A stretch of 64,000 nucleotides of DNA from Gammaproteobacteria bacterium (GCA_965116495.1 OZ220696.1:352001-416000), one strand, 5' to 3'. Numbered from the stretch's first letter, positions 28,732-39,035 are shown. Notes: a model not told the origin generated them from the sequence alone. Numbers and translations are program-made.

Positions 28732-30048
28732 ATGATGCAACAGGTAAGCAGTAATTATTTGAAGGAAATCATGACGGACGCCCATAGCAGGACCCTGGAA
28801 CTGGTCGCCGGCCTGGATAAAGAGCAACTGATTGGGCCGAAGTTGCCCATCGTCAATCCGTTACGCTGGGAGATCGGCCACGTGGCCTGGTTTCATGAAA
28901 AGTTCATCCTGCGCGACCTGTATGGCCGCGCCCCGCTGCTGGCAAACGGTGACGCCATCTATGATTCCATCGCCATCCATCATGAACAGCGCTGGGACCT
29001 ACCGTTGTTGAGCATGCAGGAGACGCTGGATTACATCGAGAACGTCCTCGATGACTGCCTGTCGCTGTTGCCGGACGGTGACGCGGACCCGGAGCAGAGT
29101 TACATATACCGGTTTTCCACCTACCATGAAGATATGCATACCGAGGCTTATTGCTGGTCGCGCCAGACCCTGGCCTATCCGAAGCCTTCGTTTGCAAATG
29201 CGCTGAGACCGGAAGATACGGATACCGGAGCCTGGCCCGGGGATGCGGCTGTCCCGGGAGGGGTATTTTTCCCGGGAGCTACCGAAACAACGCCGTTTGT
29301 CTTCGATAACGAAAAATGGGCGCATGAAGTAACCGTCGAACCGTTTCACATGGCAAAAGCGCCGGTCACCAACGCTGGGTTCATGGAATTTGTCAATGCG
29401 GGGGGGTATCGATGCCGGGAATTCTGGTGCGACGAAGGCTGGGCCTGGCGCGAGCAGGCAAATGCAGAACATCCGGTGTACTGGACTGCCGGTGAACGGG
29501 GAGAATGGCGGTTGAGGCGGTTTAATGAGACCGTGGAAATGCCGCTGCATCAACCTGTCATTCATGTTAACTGGTACGAGGCCGACGCGTATTGCCGCTG
29601 GGCAGGCAGGCGTTTGCCGACCGAAGTGGAGTGGGAAGCCGCAGCACTGGGCGAACCTGCGCAAGGCAATAGCAAACTTGCCTTGAACAAACGCAGCTAT
29701 CCATGGGGAGAACAGTCGCCGGATAGACGGCAGGCCAATCTTGATGGCCGTGCGCTGGGATGTATCGACGTGGCTGCCTTGCCTGCGGGGGACAGCGCGT
29801 TCGGCTGCCGGCAGATGATCGGCAACGTATGGGAATGGACCGCGACCACGTTTGCCCCGTTTTCCGGGTTCTCGCCGGATGCCTACAAGGAATACTCAGA
29901 GCCGCTGTTTTATGACACCAGGGTATTGAAAGGCGGCACCTGGGTAACCCGAAGCCGCATGATCACGGGCCGGTACCGTAATTTTTTCACCCCGGACCGG
30001 CGCGACGTGCTGGCAGGCTTCAGGACCTGCGCGCTTTCTTCAAATTAG
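28732..30048 (+). CDS. senA: Selenoneine synthase (EgtB-like, DinB + FGE-sulfatase domains)
   Basis: NPLRWEIGHVAWF, HEDMHTEA metal motif, RRLPTEVEWE, GNVWEWT and YRNFFTPDRRD..AGFRTC; next to senB. Confidence 0.88.
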   Translation: MMQQVSSNYLKEIMTDAHSRTLELVAGLDKEQLIGPKLPIVNPLRWEIGHVAWFHEKFILRDLYGRAPLLANGDAIYDSIAIHHEQRWDLPLLSMQETLDYIENVLDDCLSLLPDGDADPEQSYIYRFSTYHEDMHTEAYCWSRQTLAYPKPSFANALRPEDTDTGAWPGDAAVPGGVFFPGATETTPFVFDNEKWAHEVTVEPFHMAKAPVTNAGFMEFVNAGGYRCREFWCDEGWAWREQANAEHPVYWTAGERGEWRLRRFNETVEMPLHQPVIHVNWYEADAYCRWAGRRLPTEVEWEAAALGEPAQGNSKLALNKRSYPWGEQSPDRRQANLDGRALGCIDVAALPAGDSAFGCRQMIGNVWEWTATTFAPFSGFSPDAYKEYSEPLFYDTRVLKGGTWVTRSRMITGRYRNFFTPDRRDVLAGFRTCALSSN

Positions 30049-30062
30049 TTGCTATACGGCGC

Positions 30063-30194
30063 GGTCCTTTCAATGATCTTGAATACTATGATGTGCCTTC
30101 CGGCAAGAAGAAAAAAGTCCCGGTTGCATTCACACTCTGGGGCTCTCAATTTGAAGAAGGGACATTGTGCCGGATCGGTATATTAAAAAACTAA
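30063..30194 (+). pseudogene. Possible amidase C-terminal fragment
   Basis: Reads VPVAFTLWGSQFEEGTLCRIG, similar to amidase C-termini; no start codon. Confidence 0.35.
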
Positions 30195-30270
30195 TTTAAT
30201 ATTAATAAGTTAAGAAAGACATTGAATGTTCAATATTAGATATTTATCACCTTGAGGATTAAATTGGGGA

Positions 30271-31665
30271 ATGAACAGTGACAAGCAACACCTGAGAAGC
30301 CTGCCGTCGGTAGATCGCGTACTGCGCGAGACGGTCCATCTTACCGAACGATGGGGACATGAGCGTGTCACGGCGGCAATCCGCAATGAGCTTGAACAGA
30401 TGCGAAATAACCCGGAAGCGTTGGACACTGCCGACAAGACATCATCATTAAGCCATGTCGTGGCTGCCGTTGAAACTGAACTGGAAAATGCCGCGCAGAG
30501 CAGTCTGGTCAGCGTATTCAACCTAACCGGTACGGTATTGCATACGAACCTGGGCCGCGCATCACTCCCCGACAATGCATTGGAAGCGGTGCAGGTCGTG
30601 GCGCAGTCACCGTCCAACCTGGAATATGATTTGCAGACCGGGAAACGGGGCGATCGTGATGAACACGTCGAACGCCTTATCCGTGAACTGTGCGGCGTGG
30701 AAGCGGCAACGGTGGTGAACAACAATGCAGCCGCGGTACTGCTGGTGTTGAATACGCTGGCAAAGGGGTTGGAGGTCCTAGTTTCCCGGGGCGAACTGGT
30801 CGAGATCGGCGGTTCATTTCGCATCCCGGAGATCATGCAGAGTTCAGGATGTGTCCTGGTCGAGGTCGGTACGACCAACCGTACCCACCTGAAGGATTAT
30901 AAAAATGCCGTAAACGATAAAACAGCGTTGTTGCTCAAGGTACATGCGAGCAATTATCAGATCCAGGGCTTTACCCGCAGCGTTGCCGAATCAGAGCTGG
31001 CGCAATTAGCCCAACGCTACAGTTTGCCGTTTGTTGTCGATTTGGGCAGCGGTAACCTGGTCGACTTTCCCGCATTCAACCTGCCCGATGAACCCACCGT
31101 GGCGCACACGGTGAAGAACGGCGCGGATATCGTTACGTTCAGTGGCGACAAGCTGCTGGGCGGTCCCCAGTGTGGCATTATCGCCGGTAAACGGGAATTG
31201 ATAGCCAGGATCAAGAAGAACCCCATGAAACGGGCCCTGCGCGTCGACAAGATGACGCTGGCTGCCCTGTTGGAAGTATTCAGGCTCTATCAGGACCCGT
31301 CCCGGTTGGCGGAAAAACTGCCGACCCTTACATTCCTGACCCGGCCGGCTGCCGAGATACGCACCCAGGCAGGACGGCTTGCTCCCAAGGTAGCAGAAAC
31401 GTTGGCGCCCCGTTATGAAGTCGCGGTTAGCGAATGTCACAGCCAGGTGGGCAGCGGCGCACTGCCGGTTGATACGCTACCCAGCTATGGTTTAAGGATC
31501 GGCGCGGCGGATGAGTCGGATGAAGCGATCAGGCAACTGGCCGAGTCCATGCGCCGGCTGGCTGTACCGGTCATCGGCCGCATCAACAAGGGCGCCTATT
31601 TCCTGGACCTGCGGTGTCTGGATAGGGAGGAAGAATTTATTGCCCAGCTTGAACACATGAAATAA
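30271..31665 (+). CDS. selA: L-seryl-tRNA(Sec) selenium transferase
   Basis: NLTGTVLHTNLGRA, VNNNAAAV, SRGELVEIGGSFRIP and FSGDKLLGGPQ (PLP Lys). Confidence 0.96.
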   Translation: MNSDKQHLRSLPSVDRVLRETVHLTERWGHERVTAAIRNELEQMRNNPEALDTADKTSSLSHVVAAVETELENAAQSSLVSVFNLTGTVLHTNLGRASLPDNALEAVQVVAQSPSNLEYDLQTGKRGDRDEHVERLIRELCGVEAATVVNNNAAAVLLVLNTLAKGLEVLVSRGELVEIGGSFRIPEIMQSSGCVLVEVGTTNRTHLKDYKNAVNDKTALLLKVHASNYQIQGFTRSVAESELAQLAQRYSLPFVVDLGSGNLVDFPAFNLPDEPTVAHTVKNGADIVTFSGDKLLGGPQCGIIAGKRELIARIKKNPMKRALRVDKMTLAALLEVFRLYQDPSRLAEKLPTLTFLTRPAAEIRTQAGRLAPKVAETLAPRYEVAVSECHSQVGSGALPVDTLPSYGLRIGAADESDEAIRQLAESMRRLAVPVIGRINKGAYFLDLRCLDREEEFIAQLEHMK

Positions 31666-31933
31666 CGCCCTCCCGTTATTCTGGCTTACGCCCCTGTGGC
31701 TCCCGCGAAAGCCCGAATCCCGCGGGATAATGGATCGCTCCCGGCTTATTTTTTTGTTTTCCGAAGTAGAATTAGGGAAAATAAGATTTTACTTTCTCAG
31801 ATTTCAGACTATAGTACGGTTATCAGCAGTTGATAAGTTAATACATGGATACCACGGATATCGGCCTACAAGTACTGTTGGAGTTGAATGGCAAGAATAC
31901 AGTCTGATGTCTTTGATTGAAGAGGTAAAGATC

Positions 31934-32302
31934 ATGCCTAATTTGCACGTCGGTATTATGCCAAGAGAACGGTTTCAGCAGCGCGTATTGGACATTGCAG
32001 GCGGTCGTATCAAACCCGGAAGGGGAGAACCGGAAATCTGGTTCAGTTCGATGAAATCATTCAGCGAGGTGTTGAGTGATAACAATGTCCGCTTACTGAA
32101 AATGATCGCGGAACAGAAGCCTTCCAGTATCAAGGAACTGGAAAAACTAAGCGGACGGAGGAGCAGTAACCTGAGTAGAACGTTAAAAACGTTTGAGCGA
32201 TATGGCTTGGTTGACCTGCGAAAGGTTCCCGGCAGTCGAGCGATTTTGCCCGTTGCCAAAGCTACCGGCGTCAGGCTGAGCTGTGATTTTGCATCTTATT
32301 AA
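31934..32302 (+). CDS. HVO_A0114-like HTH regulator/orphan antitoxin
   Basis: EIWFSSMKSFSEVLSDNN...SGRRSSNLSRTLKT; RBS gagg before ATG 31934. Confidence 0.75.
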   Translation: MPNLHVGIMPRERFQQRVLDIAGGRIKPGRGEPEIWFSSMKSFSEVLSDNNVRLLKMIAEQKPSSIKELEKLSGRRSSNLSRTLKTFERYGLVDLRKVPGSRAILPVAKATGVRLSCDFASY

Positions 32303-32336
32303 TTCAAGCCCCAACGCACTGCCCGTACTTGCCCCC

Positions 32337-33398
32337 CTATGCACATATTTCATTGGTAGCAAGATTTTTCAACAAGCTGTCGTTATCTACGGCTCCTTCA
32401 ATTTCACGCAGCCACCTGCGGTACTGGATGGATACCATATCAGTCGGGACGGAAATCTCGTTAATGTCGAATGGGATTTGCGGCGGGTTCTGTGCTTCGA
32501 TCACCACAATATCTTCTTCCAGTACACGTTCCTGAAATGCCAGATGGGGATAATCGGGCTCATCCTTGTTGTGATCACGGCAGGTAAACCAGAAACTGCG
32601 GCAATGACCCTCGTCAAGGGGTGATGCGCTCATCCATAAGATGGCCCGATTACCTTTCCCGGCTTTGCTGATGAGTTCAAATTCCAGGTTGACGGTAAAC
32701 GGCATGGTAATCTGGTAGTTCGTTTTTCCCATCAAAGATACGTCCGGGATAGGCATATCATCAGTCTGGGGGTTGAAATGAAAAACCAATTGACCGTTAT
32801 TACGTTCGATTGATGGGGGTGATACTTCCGTCATGTTCGGATCAAACAGTGTATTTGGATGCACGTAGGGAAAATGGGCTAAATCCACAAAGTTCTCCAG
32901 GCGCCTGGCTGCGGAAGTTGGCCAGCTATAGGGTTTGCCGATAACTGCCTTGAACGCGTCGTCATCAAATCCGGGACAGGGAGGGATTTCTGTCTCTGCA
33001 TCGGTTTCAAGACGAACCCAGACGAGGTCGTATTTTACTTCAGCAGCATATTTTTGAATTTTTGCGCGGCCCGGTATTTTTAAATCCCGGCACGCAGGAA
33101 TATCGACACATTTTCCGCTACTGTCATAGGCCCAGCCATGATAGCGGCAACGTATTCTGCCGTCTTCTATGAATCCCCTGGACAAGGATGTTGAACGGTG
33201 CGCGCATCGGTCAGCGAAAGCGGAAACACTTCCGTCCAGTTTTGCTATAACCAGGGCCTCCCCCAGCAACTGCACCTGGAGCGGGCCATTACCGGAGGGG
33301 TCTGCCGAATACAATTCCTCCAAGGTACAGACAGGATGCCAGAAGTGACGCCAGGTCTCTTCTTTGATAAACCGGCCATTTGTTTTCGCTTTGGTCAT
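32337..33398 (-). CDS. Rieske non-heme iron oxygenase (VanA-like O/N-demethylase family)
   Basis: CAHR...CRYHGW Rieske motif and ENFVDLAHFPYVH mononuclear iron motif. Confidence 0.9.
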   Translation of the reverse strand: MTKAKTNGRFIKEETWRHFWHPVCTLEELYSADPSGNGPLQVQLLGEALVIAKLDGSVSAFADRCAHRSTSLSRGFIEDGRIRCRYHGWAYDSSGKCVDIPACRDLKIPGRAKIQKYAAEVKYDLVWVRLETDAETEIPPCPGFDDDAFKAVIGKPYSWPTSAARRLENFVDLAHFPYVHPNTLFDPNMTEVSPPSIERNNGQLVFHFNPQTDDMPIPDVSLMGKTNYQITMPFTVNLEFELISKAGKGNRAILWMSASPLDEGHCRSFWFTCRDHNKDEPDYPHLAFQERVLEEDIVVIEAQNPPQIPFDINEISVPTDMVSIQYRRWLREIEGAVDNDSLLKNLATNEICA

Positions 33399-33414
33399 GT
33401 AATTCTCCAGTATG

Positions 33415-33469
33415 TGGGGTCAGGTCGCACAATGCACACTATAGCTGTGCATTGTGCGACCTGACCCCA
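33415..33469. repeat. Family A hairpin doublet (RAYT terminal repeats head to head)
   Basis: 24-bp arms tggggtcaggtcgcacaatgcaca with a 7-nt spacer; followed by a tandem copy of tgaccccatttccg. Confidence 0.9.
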
Positions 33470-33496
33470 TTTCCGTGACCCCATTTCCGTGCGAGG

Positions 33497-34354
33497 TCAG
33501 GTCACAGCGCTTGTGAGCGTATCCTCCAGAACGGTCAATCCCATCCCTGATAACATCGGCAGGTAGTAATTCCGGTGGATCTTGTTGACCTTCGGGGTTA
33601 AAGCGCCGCGCATCCCGAGCCACACCATCATTTCCACCGCTTCGGCGCCACCACGTTCCATCCATTCATCATGAGGGATATCGACCAGGCTTTCCGGATC
33701 GTCTTCGATCCGGTCAAGAAATTCTTCGTCCCAGTCCGAGTTCATATGGCCGAAACGATCGCCGTGCAACTGATGAGAAAGTCCACCGGTGCCCACAACA
33801 ACAACACGCGCATCATCGGGATAGGACTCTACGGCAGTGCGCAGTGCGTGTCCAAGTTTCCATAGCCGGTGCGGCGTCGGTAACGGATGCTGCAGCACGT
33901 TGACCTGGAAGGGCACGGTCCTGACGCTCCAGTCCGGCTCATGATCAAACAATAACGGCAATGGCACCAGGATGCCATGGTCCATCACCATGTCCTGGCA
34001 AATGGTGAGATCAAATTCACTCTCTACCACCAGCGAGTTGGCCAGGTGCCAGGAAAATACGGCATCACCTTTTACCGCCGGCAGCGGACGCGCGCCCCAG
34101 CCTTCATCACCGATAGGGTATTCATCGGCAACACCCATCGCGAACGTCGGGTACTTGTCGAAAAAGAAATCGGTGCCATGATCGTTGTACAGAACGATGG
34201 CGTGAGTTATACCGACGTCCTTTAACCAGGCTTTTGCAGGCTTATAACCGTCAAACAGGGGCTTCCACCCCGGCGTCTCCTGCTGGTTTTGATCGAAAGC
34301 CACGCCAATCGAAGGAACGTGGGACGAACCGATACCCGCAACTAGTCTACCCAT
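33497..34354 (-). CDS. ligB: Class III extradiol dioxygenase beta subunit (protocatechuate 4,5-/gallate type)
   Basis: SSHVP, YNDH, DEGWG, DHG, GTGGLSHQL and EMMVWLGMRGAL motifs. Confidence 0.88.
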   Translation of the reverse strand: MGRLVAGIGSSHVPSIGVAFDQNQQETPGWKPLFDGYKPAKAWLKDVGITHAIVLYNDHGTDFFFDKYPTFAMGVADEYPIGDEGWGARPLPAVKGDAVFSWHLANSLVVESEFDLTICQDMVMDHGILVPLPLLFDHEPDWSVRTVPFQVNVLQHPLPTPHRLWKLGHALRTAVESYPDDARVVVVGTGGLSHQLHGDRFGHMNSDWDEEFLDRIEDDPESLVDIPHDEWMERGGAEAVEMMVWLGMRGALTPKVNKIHRNYYLPMLSGMGLTVLEDTLTSAVT

Positions 34355-34379
34355 TTTTTTGCTCCACTGTGTTTTGCCG

Positions 34380-34748
34380 CTACATATTTTGCCGCAATGG
34401 CACGTTGCGGGTTTTCATGAATTCTTCCACCGATTCGCCACGCTGCTGCGCACCGATGGGGACCAGGCCATCACCGGTCATGGCGCCGACTTTCAACAGC
34501 ATATAGATGTTGCCGCCGCCTTCTTCTATCAGTGCCTTCCAGTCCTTCTCTTTAACCTTTTGCTTCTCCCACGCGGAAAGACCGTAGTTGTTCATGTAGG
34601 CTTCCTCGTCTTTACGATAAGCCTCCCGGTTTTCGGCTTTGTGAAGAGAAAAGGCAAAACTGTTCAGCTTCAGCCCTTGCTGCGACCTTTGCCCGGTGAA
34701 CACACATGTGCCCGGGATATGATCACTGTGACCGGTTTCTCTACTCAT
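34380..34748 (-). CDS. ligA: Extradiol dioxygenase alpha subunit
   Basis: IPGTCVF...LNSFAFSL...GGNIY.L.K; directly upstream of the beta subunit. Confidence 0.86.
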   Translation of the reverse strand: MSRETGHSDHIPGTCVFTGQRSQQGLKLNSFAFSLHKAENREAYRKDEEAYMNNYGLSAWEKQKVKEKDWKALIEEGGGNIYMLLKVGAMTGDGLVPIGAQQRGESVEEFMKTRNVPLRQNM

Positions 34749-34854
34749 TATTCTCTACCTGGTTTGTGAAAAGTTGAAGGGACGCGGACCCCGCCAGACT
34801 GTGCAGTATGCGCATATCGGCACAGGTGATCAATGTACGGGTAGGGGTTCGCAT

Positions 34855-36039
34855 TCAGATCTCCGGCCAGTAATCGAACGGTAGCCCTGTATGTTGCCTG
34901 GCATAGGATATCTGGGAGGTCTCGTCAGACACCAGGTATTCCAGTTCCGCCACCTGCATACGTCGTTCGAAAGGATTGCTGTCGGGGTGGATATGATACT
35001 TGGCCGTGTTCCCGGAGGAAAAACGCTGGCACTGGAGGTTGCGCGCCAGGGCGACGGCGGCATAGCGGTCTAAAATCGTAGCATCGTCTTTTGTAAAGTA
35101 TTCGATCAGCGCGGTGGACAGGACACTCACATCGGCAAAGGCCGCGTTAAGACCCTTGGCGCCGGTCGGCGGGACGATGTGCGAGGCATCACCGCACAGA
35201 AACAAACGGCCATGGGACATGGGTTGGGAGAAAAAACTCCGCAACGGGGTCACGTCTTTCTGGAAGATCTCCCCTCGCACAAGCTCCCAACCGGGTGCGC
35301 CCAGACGCGTATCGAGTTCTTCCCAGATCCGCTCATCGGGCCATTCGTTGAGATCTTCATCCGGTGCGCACTGGAGATAGAGCCGCGATATTTTCGGTGA
35401 ACGCATGCTCAACAGTGCAAAGCCGCGTTCATGATGGCAAAACATCGCTACATCTTTCGACGGAGGCGCTTTGGCCATCACACCGAGCCAGCCGTAGGGA
35501 TAAACATTCTCGTACGTCTTGAGGACGCCGGCCGGGATCGAATGACGCGAAGGACCATGAAAACCATCGGCCCCGATAACGAAATCACAGCTTATTTCCT
35601 TATCCACGCCCTCGTGAGTGTATTTCACTGTCGGGGAATCGCCCTCGATGCCTTCGATTGCCGTGGCGGGCGCCTCATAGAAAACCTTGTGATCTTCCGC
35701 TGCCAGCGCACCCAACAGGTCCTTGGTAAGCTCTGACTGACCGTATATCGTGACGCCAACCCCTATCAGCTTGTCGAAATCGAGAAAGTGATGCTCATTA
35801 TGCAGGCCGATGACCACACCCGGATGATACATGCATTCCTTTTCCAGGCGTTCGCCGACACCTGCCTTGATCATCAGTTCTACCGCGTTCTTCTCCATGA
35901 CACCGGCGCGAATGCGACTTTCGACGTATTCACGGCTTTTCCTTTCCAGGACGACACTTTCGATCCCGCGCTGGCGTAATATCCAGGCCAGGAGCGAACC
36001 TGCCGGGCCGGCGCCCACTATCACGACTGGTACATGCAT
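34855..36039 (-). CDS. pobA: 4-hydroxybenzoate 3-monooxygenase-like flavoprotein with an altered substrate pocket
   Basis: RIRAGV, DGFHG, RGFALLSMRS and GDASHIVPPTGAKGLN motifs. Confidence 0.88.
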   Translation of the reverse strand: MHVPVVIVGAGPAGSLLAWILRQRGIESVVLERKSREYVESRIRAGVMEKNAVELMIKAGVGERLEKECMYHPGVVIGLHNEHHFLDFDKLIGVGVTIYGQSELTKDLLGALAAEDHKVFYEAPATAIEGIEGDSPTVKYTHEGVDKEISCDFVIGADGFHGPSRHSIPAGVLKTYENVYPYGWLGVMAKAPPSKDVAMFCHHERGFALLSMRSPKISRLYLQCAPDEDLNEWPDERIWEELDTRLGAPGWELVRGEIFQKDVTPLRSFFSQPMSHGRLFLCGDASHIVPPTGAKGLNAAFADVSVLSTALIEYFTKDDATILDRYAAVALARNLQCQRFSSGNTAKYHIHPDSNPFERRMQVAELEYLVSDETSQISYARQHTGLPFDYWPEI

Positions 36040-37073
36040 TGTCTTGTCTCCTGGTCCGGATTATATTCGTTTAAGCGGGCAAATACACTGCGGGCGTTGC
36101 CCTCAAAGATGGCCTTTTTCTCGTCTTTGTTCAGTGCATTGTTGTTATCGATGTAACGTTTGGTGTCGTCGAAATAATGGCCGGTTTCAGGGTCTATGCC
36201 GCGTACTGCACCTATCATTTCAGATGCAAACAGGATATTTTTGGAGGGGATTACATCCACCAGCAAATCAATCCCGGGCTGGTGATAAACACAGGTATCA
36301 AAGTAGACATTGTTCATCAACAATTCATCGAGCGGAGGCAGTCCCATCATGTCGGCCAGGCCGCGGAATCGCCCCCAGTGATAGGGTACTGCGCCGCCAC
36401 CATGGGGGATGATGAACCTGGTATCCGGGAAATCCCGGCACACAGTCGATGTCATTAACTGCATAAAGGCAGTAGTGTCGGCGCTCAGGTAGTAGGAACC
36501 GGTGGTCTGAAAGGCATGATTACAAGCCCCGCTCACATGGATCATGGCGGGGACATCCAGTTCGCACATTTTTTCGTATATCGGATACCAGTAGCGATCT
36601 CCCAGGGGAGGGGAGTCCCAGTGGCCGCCCGAAGGGTCCGGATTCAGGTTAAACCCGACAAAGCCGAACTCAAGCACACAACGCTCCAGTTCCAGAACGG
36701 CATTACTTAATCCTGCCCCCGGTGTCTGGGGTAACTGGCAACCTCCGGCGAAGTTATCCGGGTATAACTGCGTGATGCGATAGATTAACTCGTTACAGTG
36801 CTCAGACCAGAATTTACTGGTGCTCTCATTGCCGACATGATGCCCCATCCAGCTGGCGCGCGGCGAAAATATGGTGAGATCGATACCCCGGGTCCGTTGC
36901 AGTTTTAACTGTGCCCCTTCAAGACTCTCCCGCAACTGGTCATCACTGATATCAACGACCCCTTTTTCATGGTGAAAGTGTGGGTTATCGGCCAGTTCCG
37001 CTTTTTGTTGCTCGCGGTACTCGCCCAGCGCAGCCGGCGCCGTGGTGTAGTGCCCGTGGCAATCAATAACCAT
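36021..37073 (-). CDS. ligJ: 4-oxalomesaconate hydratase
   Basis: IDCHGHYTTAP, FSPRAS, NLNPDPSGG, PHGGGAVPYHWGR and FASEMIGAV motifs. Confidence 0.93.
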   Translation of the reverse strand: MVIDCHGHYTTAPAALGEYREQQKAELADNPHFHHEKGVVDISDDQLRESLEGAQLKLQRTRGIDLTIFSPRASWMGHHVGNESTSKFWSEHCNELIYRITQLYPDNFAGGCQLPQTPGAGLSNAVLELERCVLEFGFVGFNLNPDPSGGHWDSPPLGDRYWYPIYEKMCELDVPAMIHVSGACNHAFQTTGSYYLSADTTAFMQLMTSTVCRDFPDTRFIIPHGGGAVPYHWGRFRGLADMMGLPPLDELLMNNVYFDTCVYHQPGIDLLVDVIPSKNILFASEMIGAVRGIDPETGHYFDDTKRYIDNNNALNKDEKKAIFEGNARSVFARLNEYNPDQETRQCMYQS

Positions 37074-37075
37074 GC

Positions 37076-37774
37076 TCAGTCATTCAGATCGTCCAGTGAA
37101 TCCAGGTAAACCAGGCCGGCTTTTTCCAGGCGCGGGCGCATGTCATAAATATCCAGACCTAAAATGCCGTTCGCCAGTTGTTCACGCTTGCCCGTCTCGT
37201 TTTGTTCCCGGGTCCGGGCAGCAGTCATAACAGGCTCAGCCCAGTGTCTCGGAATCACTACCACGCCGTCATCATCCGCAACTACTACATCACCGGGATT
37301 GACGGCCTGGCCGGCACAGACAATGGGTACGTTTACCGAACCAGGCGTGTTTTTAACCGTGCCCCGGGCAGATACCGCTTTGGACCAAACGGGGAAACTC
37401 ATCTCTTCCAGTATCGCCACATCGCGTACGCCGGCATCTATCACAAGGCCTTTTACACCTCGTGCGCGGGCCGAAGTGGCCAATAAATCACCGAACATTC
37501 CGTCTGTATTGTCCGTGGTGCAGGCAACAACCAGGACATCTCCAGGCCGGCAAAGCTCGATAGCCACATGTAACATCCAGTTGTCGCCAGGCTGGGCCAA
37601 TACCGTAACGGCACTGCCTGCGATCCGGGCGTGTCGGTAAATCGGTCGAATATAAGGTTTTAACAACCCGACCCGTCCCAGCGCTTCATGTACCGTGGCG
37701 ACGCCCAGGGTTCCCAGCGCTTCCACGACCGCGGCATTTGCCCGTTCAATGTTTCGAACTGCTACCGTTCTCAT
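37076..37774 (-). CDS. ligK: 4-carboxy-4-hydroxy-2-oxoadipate aldolase
   Basis: [23 protein letters not shown] and GLDIYDMR motifs; start at MRTVAVRN. Confidence 0.93.
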   Translation of the reverse strand: MRTVAVRNIERANAAVVEALGTLGVATVHEALGRVGLLKPYIRPIYRHARIAGSAVTVLAQPGDNWMLHVAIELCRPGDVLVVACTTDNTDGMFGDLLATSARARGVKGLVIDAGVRDVAILEEMSFPVWSKAVSARGTVKNTPGSVNVPIVCAGQAVNPGDVVVADDDGVVVIPRHWAEPVMTAARTREQNETGKREQLANGILGLDIYDMRPRLEKAGLVYLDSLDDLND

Positions 37775-37787
37775 CAGCTTACTTTCC

Positions 37788-38861
37788 TCATCTTGCGGGG
37801 ACATACACTACACCCCTGCTCAGCAGGCGTGCAGTGCGCAGCAAACTCACTTTTTCAATTACCGGAAATTCTCCGGAATCATCCACTTGCAGAGCGACGG
37901 AAAACTCTCCGATAGGGTGTTCCACTGATATGGTTTTGACTTCGCCCCCAGGCCGTTCGACCATTCCCTCTACGACCGATCCGGGTAATATGCAAGCGGT
38001 AGCTGCCGACACTGCTCCCAGCACACCGACAGCCGCATGACATTTGTGAGGAATGAATGTTCGTGTGTTGACCAGCCCTCCATTTACCGCAGGCGATGCA
38101 AGGCACATCTTCGGGATGGTCTTGTTTTTCACATCATCCAGGTTCATACCGGGGCCGATTTGAAGTCGAATAGACTCCAGTCTCGCCTTTAAATCCTCAT
38201 TCGCGCTCAGTTCAAGCGGTGACTCATAGCCGCTGATGCCGAAATCAGTTGCCCGCAAAACCACTACAGGCATGCCATTGTCAACGCAGGTCATTTCCAC
38301 ACCGTCTACAATGTCCAGTACCCGGCCCGTGGGCAGGAGGTCTCCACAGATCGAGCCGGCCAGATCCTTATAAGAGCAAAGCACCGGTGCCCCACTGCCC
38401 GGCACGCCATCAATTTGAACTTCTCCCTCGTACTCCGTTTTACCGCCGGGCGTAGACAGTTCCAACTCGCTCAATCTTCCGCTGTTGACCAGGTGCACTG
38501 TAAGCCGGGTTGTCTCTTCATGTGCCGGCACCAGGCCGGCCTCTATGGCAAAGGGCCCGACGCCCGCCAGGATGTTTCCGCAATTTGGCGTGGTATCGAC
38601 CTTGTCCTGACCTACCACGACCTGTACGAACAGGAAGTCGATATCTGCGTCCGGCCGGGAAGAACGGCTCACGATAGCCACCTTGCTGGTAAGGGGATCG
38701 GCGCCGCCCAGGCCGTCTATCTGCCGTTCACCCCGGCCCATGGCATCCAGCAGCACTTCGTTGCGCTGTGCCGGGTCCGCGGGTAAATCTTCAGCAAGGA
38801 AATACAATCCTTTCGAACTCCCGCCGCGTATTTGCATATACGGAATCGCTGACTGTTTCAC
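37788..38861 (-). CDS. ligU: 4-oxalomesaconate tautomerase (PrpF/GalD family)
   Basis: [37 protein letters not shown] and LLRTAR motifs. Confidence 0.92.
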   Translation of the reverse strand: MKQSAIPYMQIRGGSSKGLYFLAEDLPADPAQRNEVLLDAMGRGERQIDGLGGADPLTSKVAIVSRSSRPDADIDFLFVQVVVGQDKVDTTPNCGNILAGVGPFAIEAGLVPAHEETTRLTVHLVNSGRLSELELSTPGGKTEYEGEVQIDGVPGSGAPVLCSYKDLAGSICGDLLPTGRVLDIVDGVEMTCVDNGMPVVVLRATDFGISGYESPLELSANEDLKARLESIRLQIGPGMNLDDVKNKTIPKMCLASPAVNGGLVNTRTFIPHKCHAAVGVLGAVSAATACILPGSVVEGMVERPGGEVKTISVEHPIGEFSVALQVDDSGEFPVIEKVSLLRTARLLSRGVVYVPAR

Positions 38862-38984
38862 GTTCGCGCTTCTGGTTTGTGTAATAACAGCGTATTTCTA
38901 ATCCGTTCAGCTAACCAATGGGAATTAATTACCCAATCATGCGAAAAAGTAATCCGGCCGTCCTAACCATGCCCCGGTCCATCC

Positions 38985-39035
38985 GGGGACGGACCCCCGC
39001 TGACAACATGCGGGGGCATGCTTAAGTCCGTCCCC
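38985..39035. repeat. Family B nested hairpin
   Basis: ggggacggacccccgc...gcgggggcatgcttaagtccgtcccc; inverted homolog of 28649-28699. Confidence 0.8.

Noticed and set aside
31666-31930. tRNA-Sec (selC) or selB after selA
   Set aside because: No tRNA cloverleaf with a UCA anticodon and no GTPase ORF seen; only a small hairpin and AT-rich DNA.
31730-31933. N-terminal extension of the HTH gene
   Set aside because: Family similarity and the RBS start at ATG 31934; no cognate toxin could be recognised upstream.
33420-33665. Short ORFs sharing MGSGRTMH (also 33198, 50127, 53734)
   Set aside because: They are translations of the family A repeat, not a protein family.
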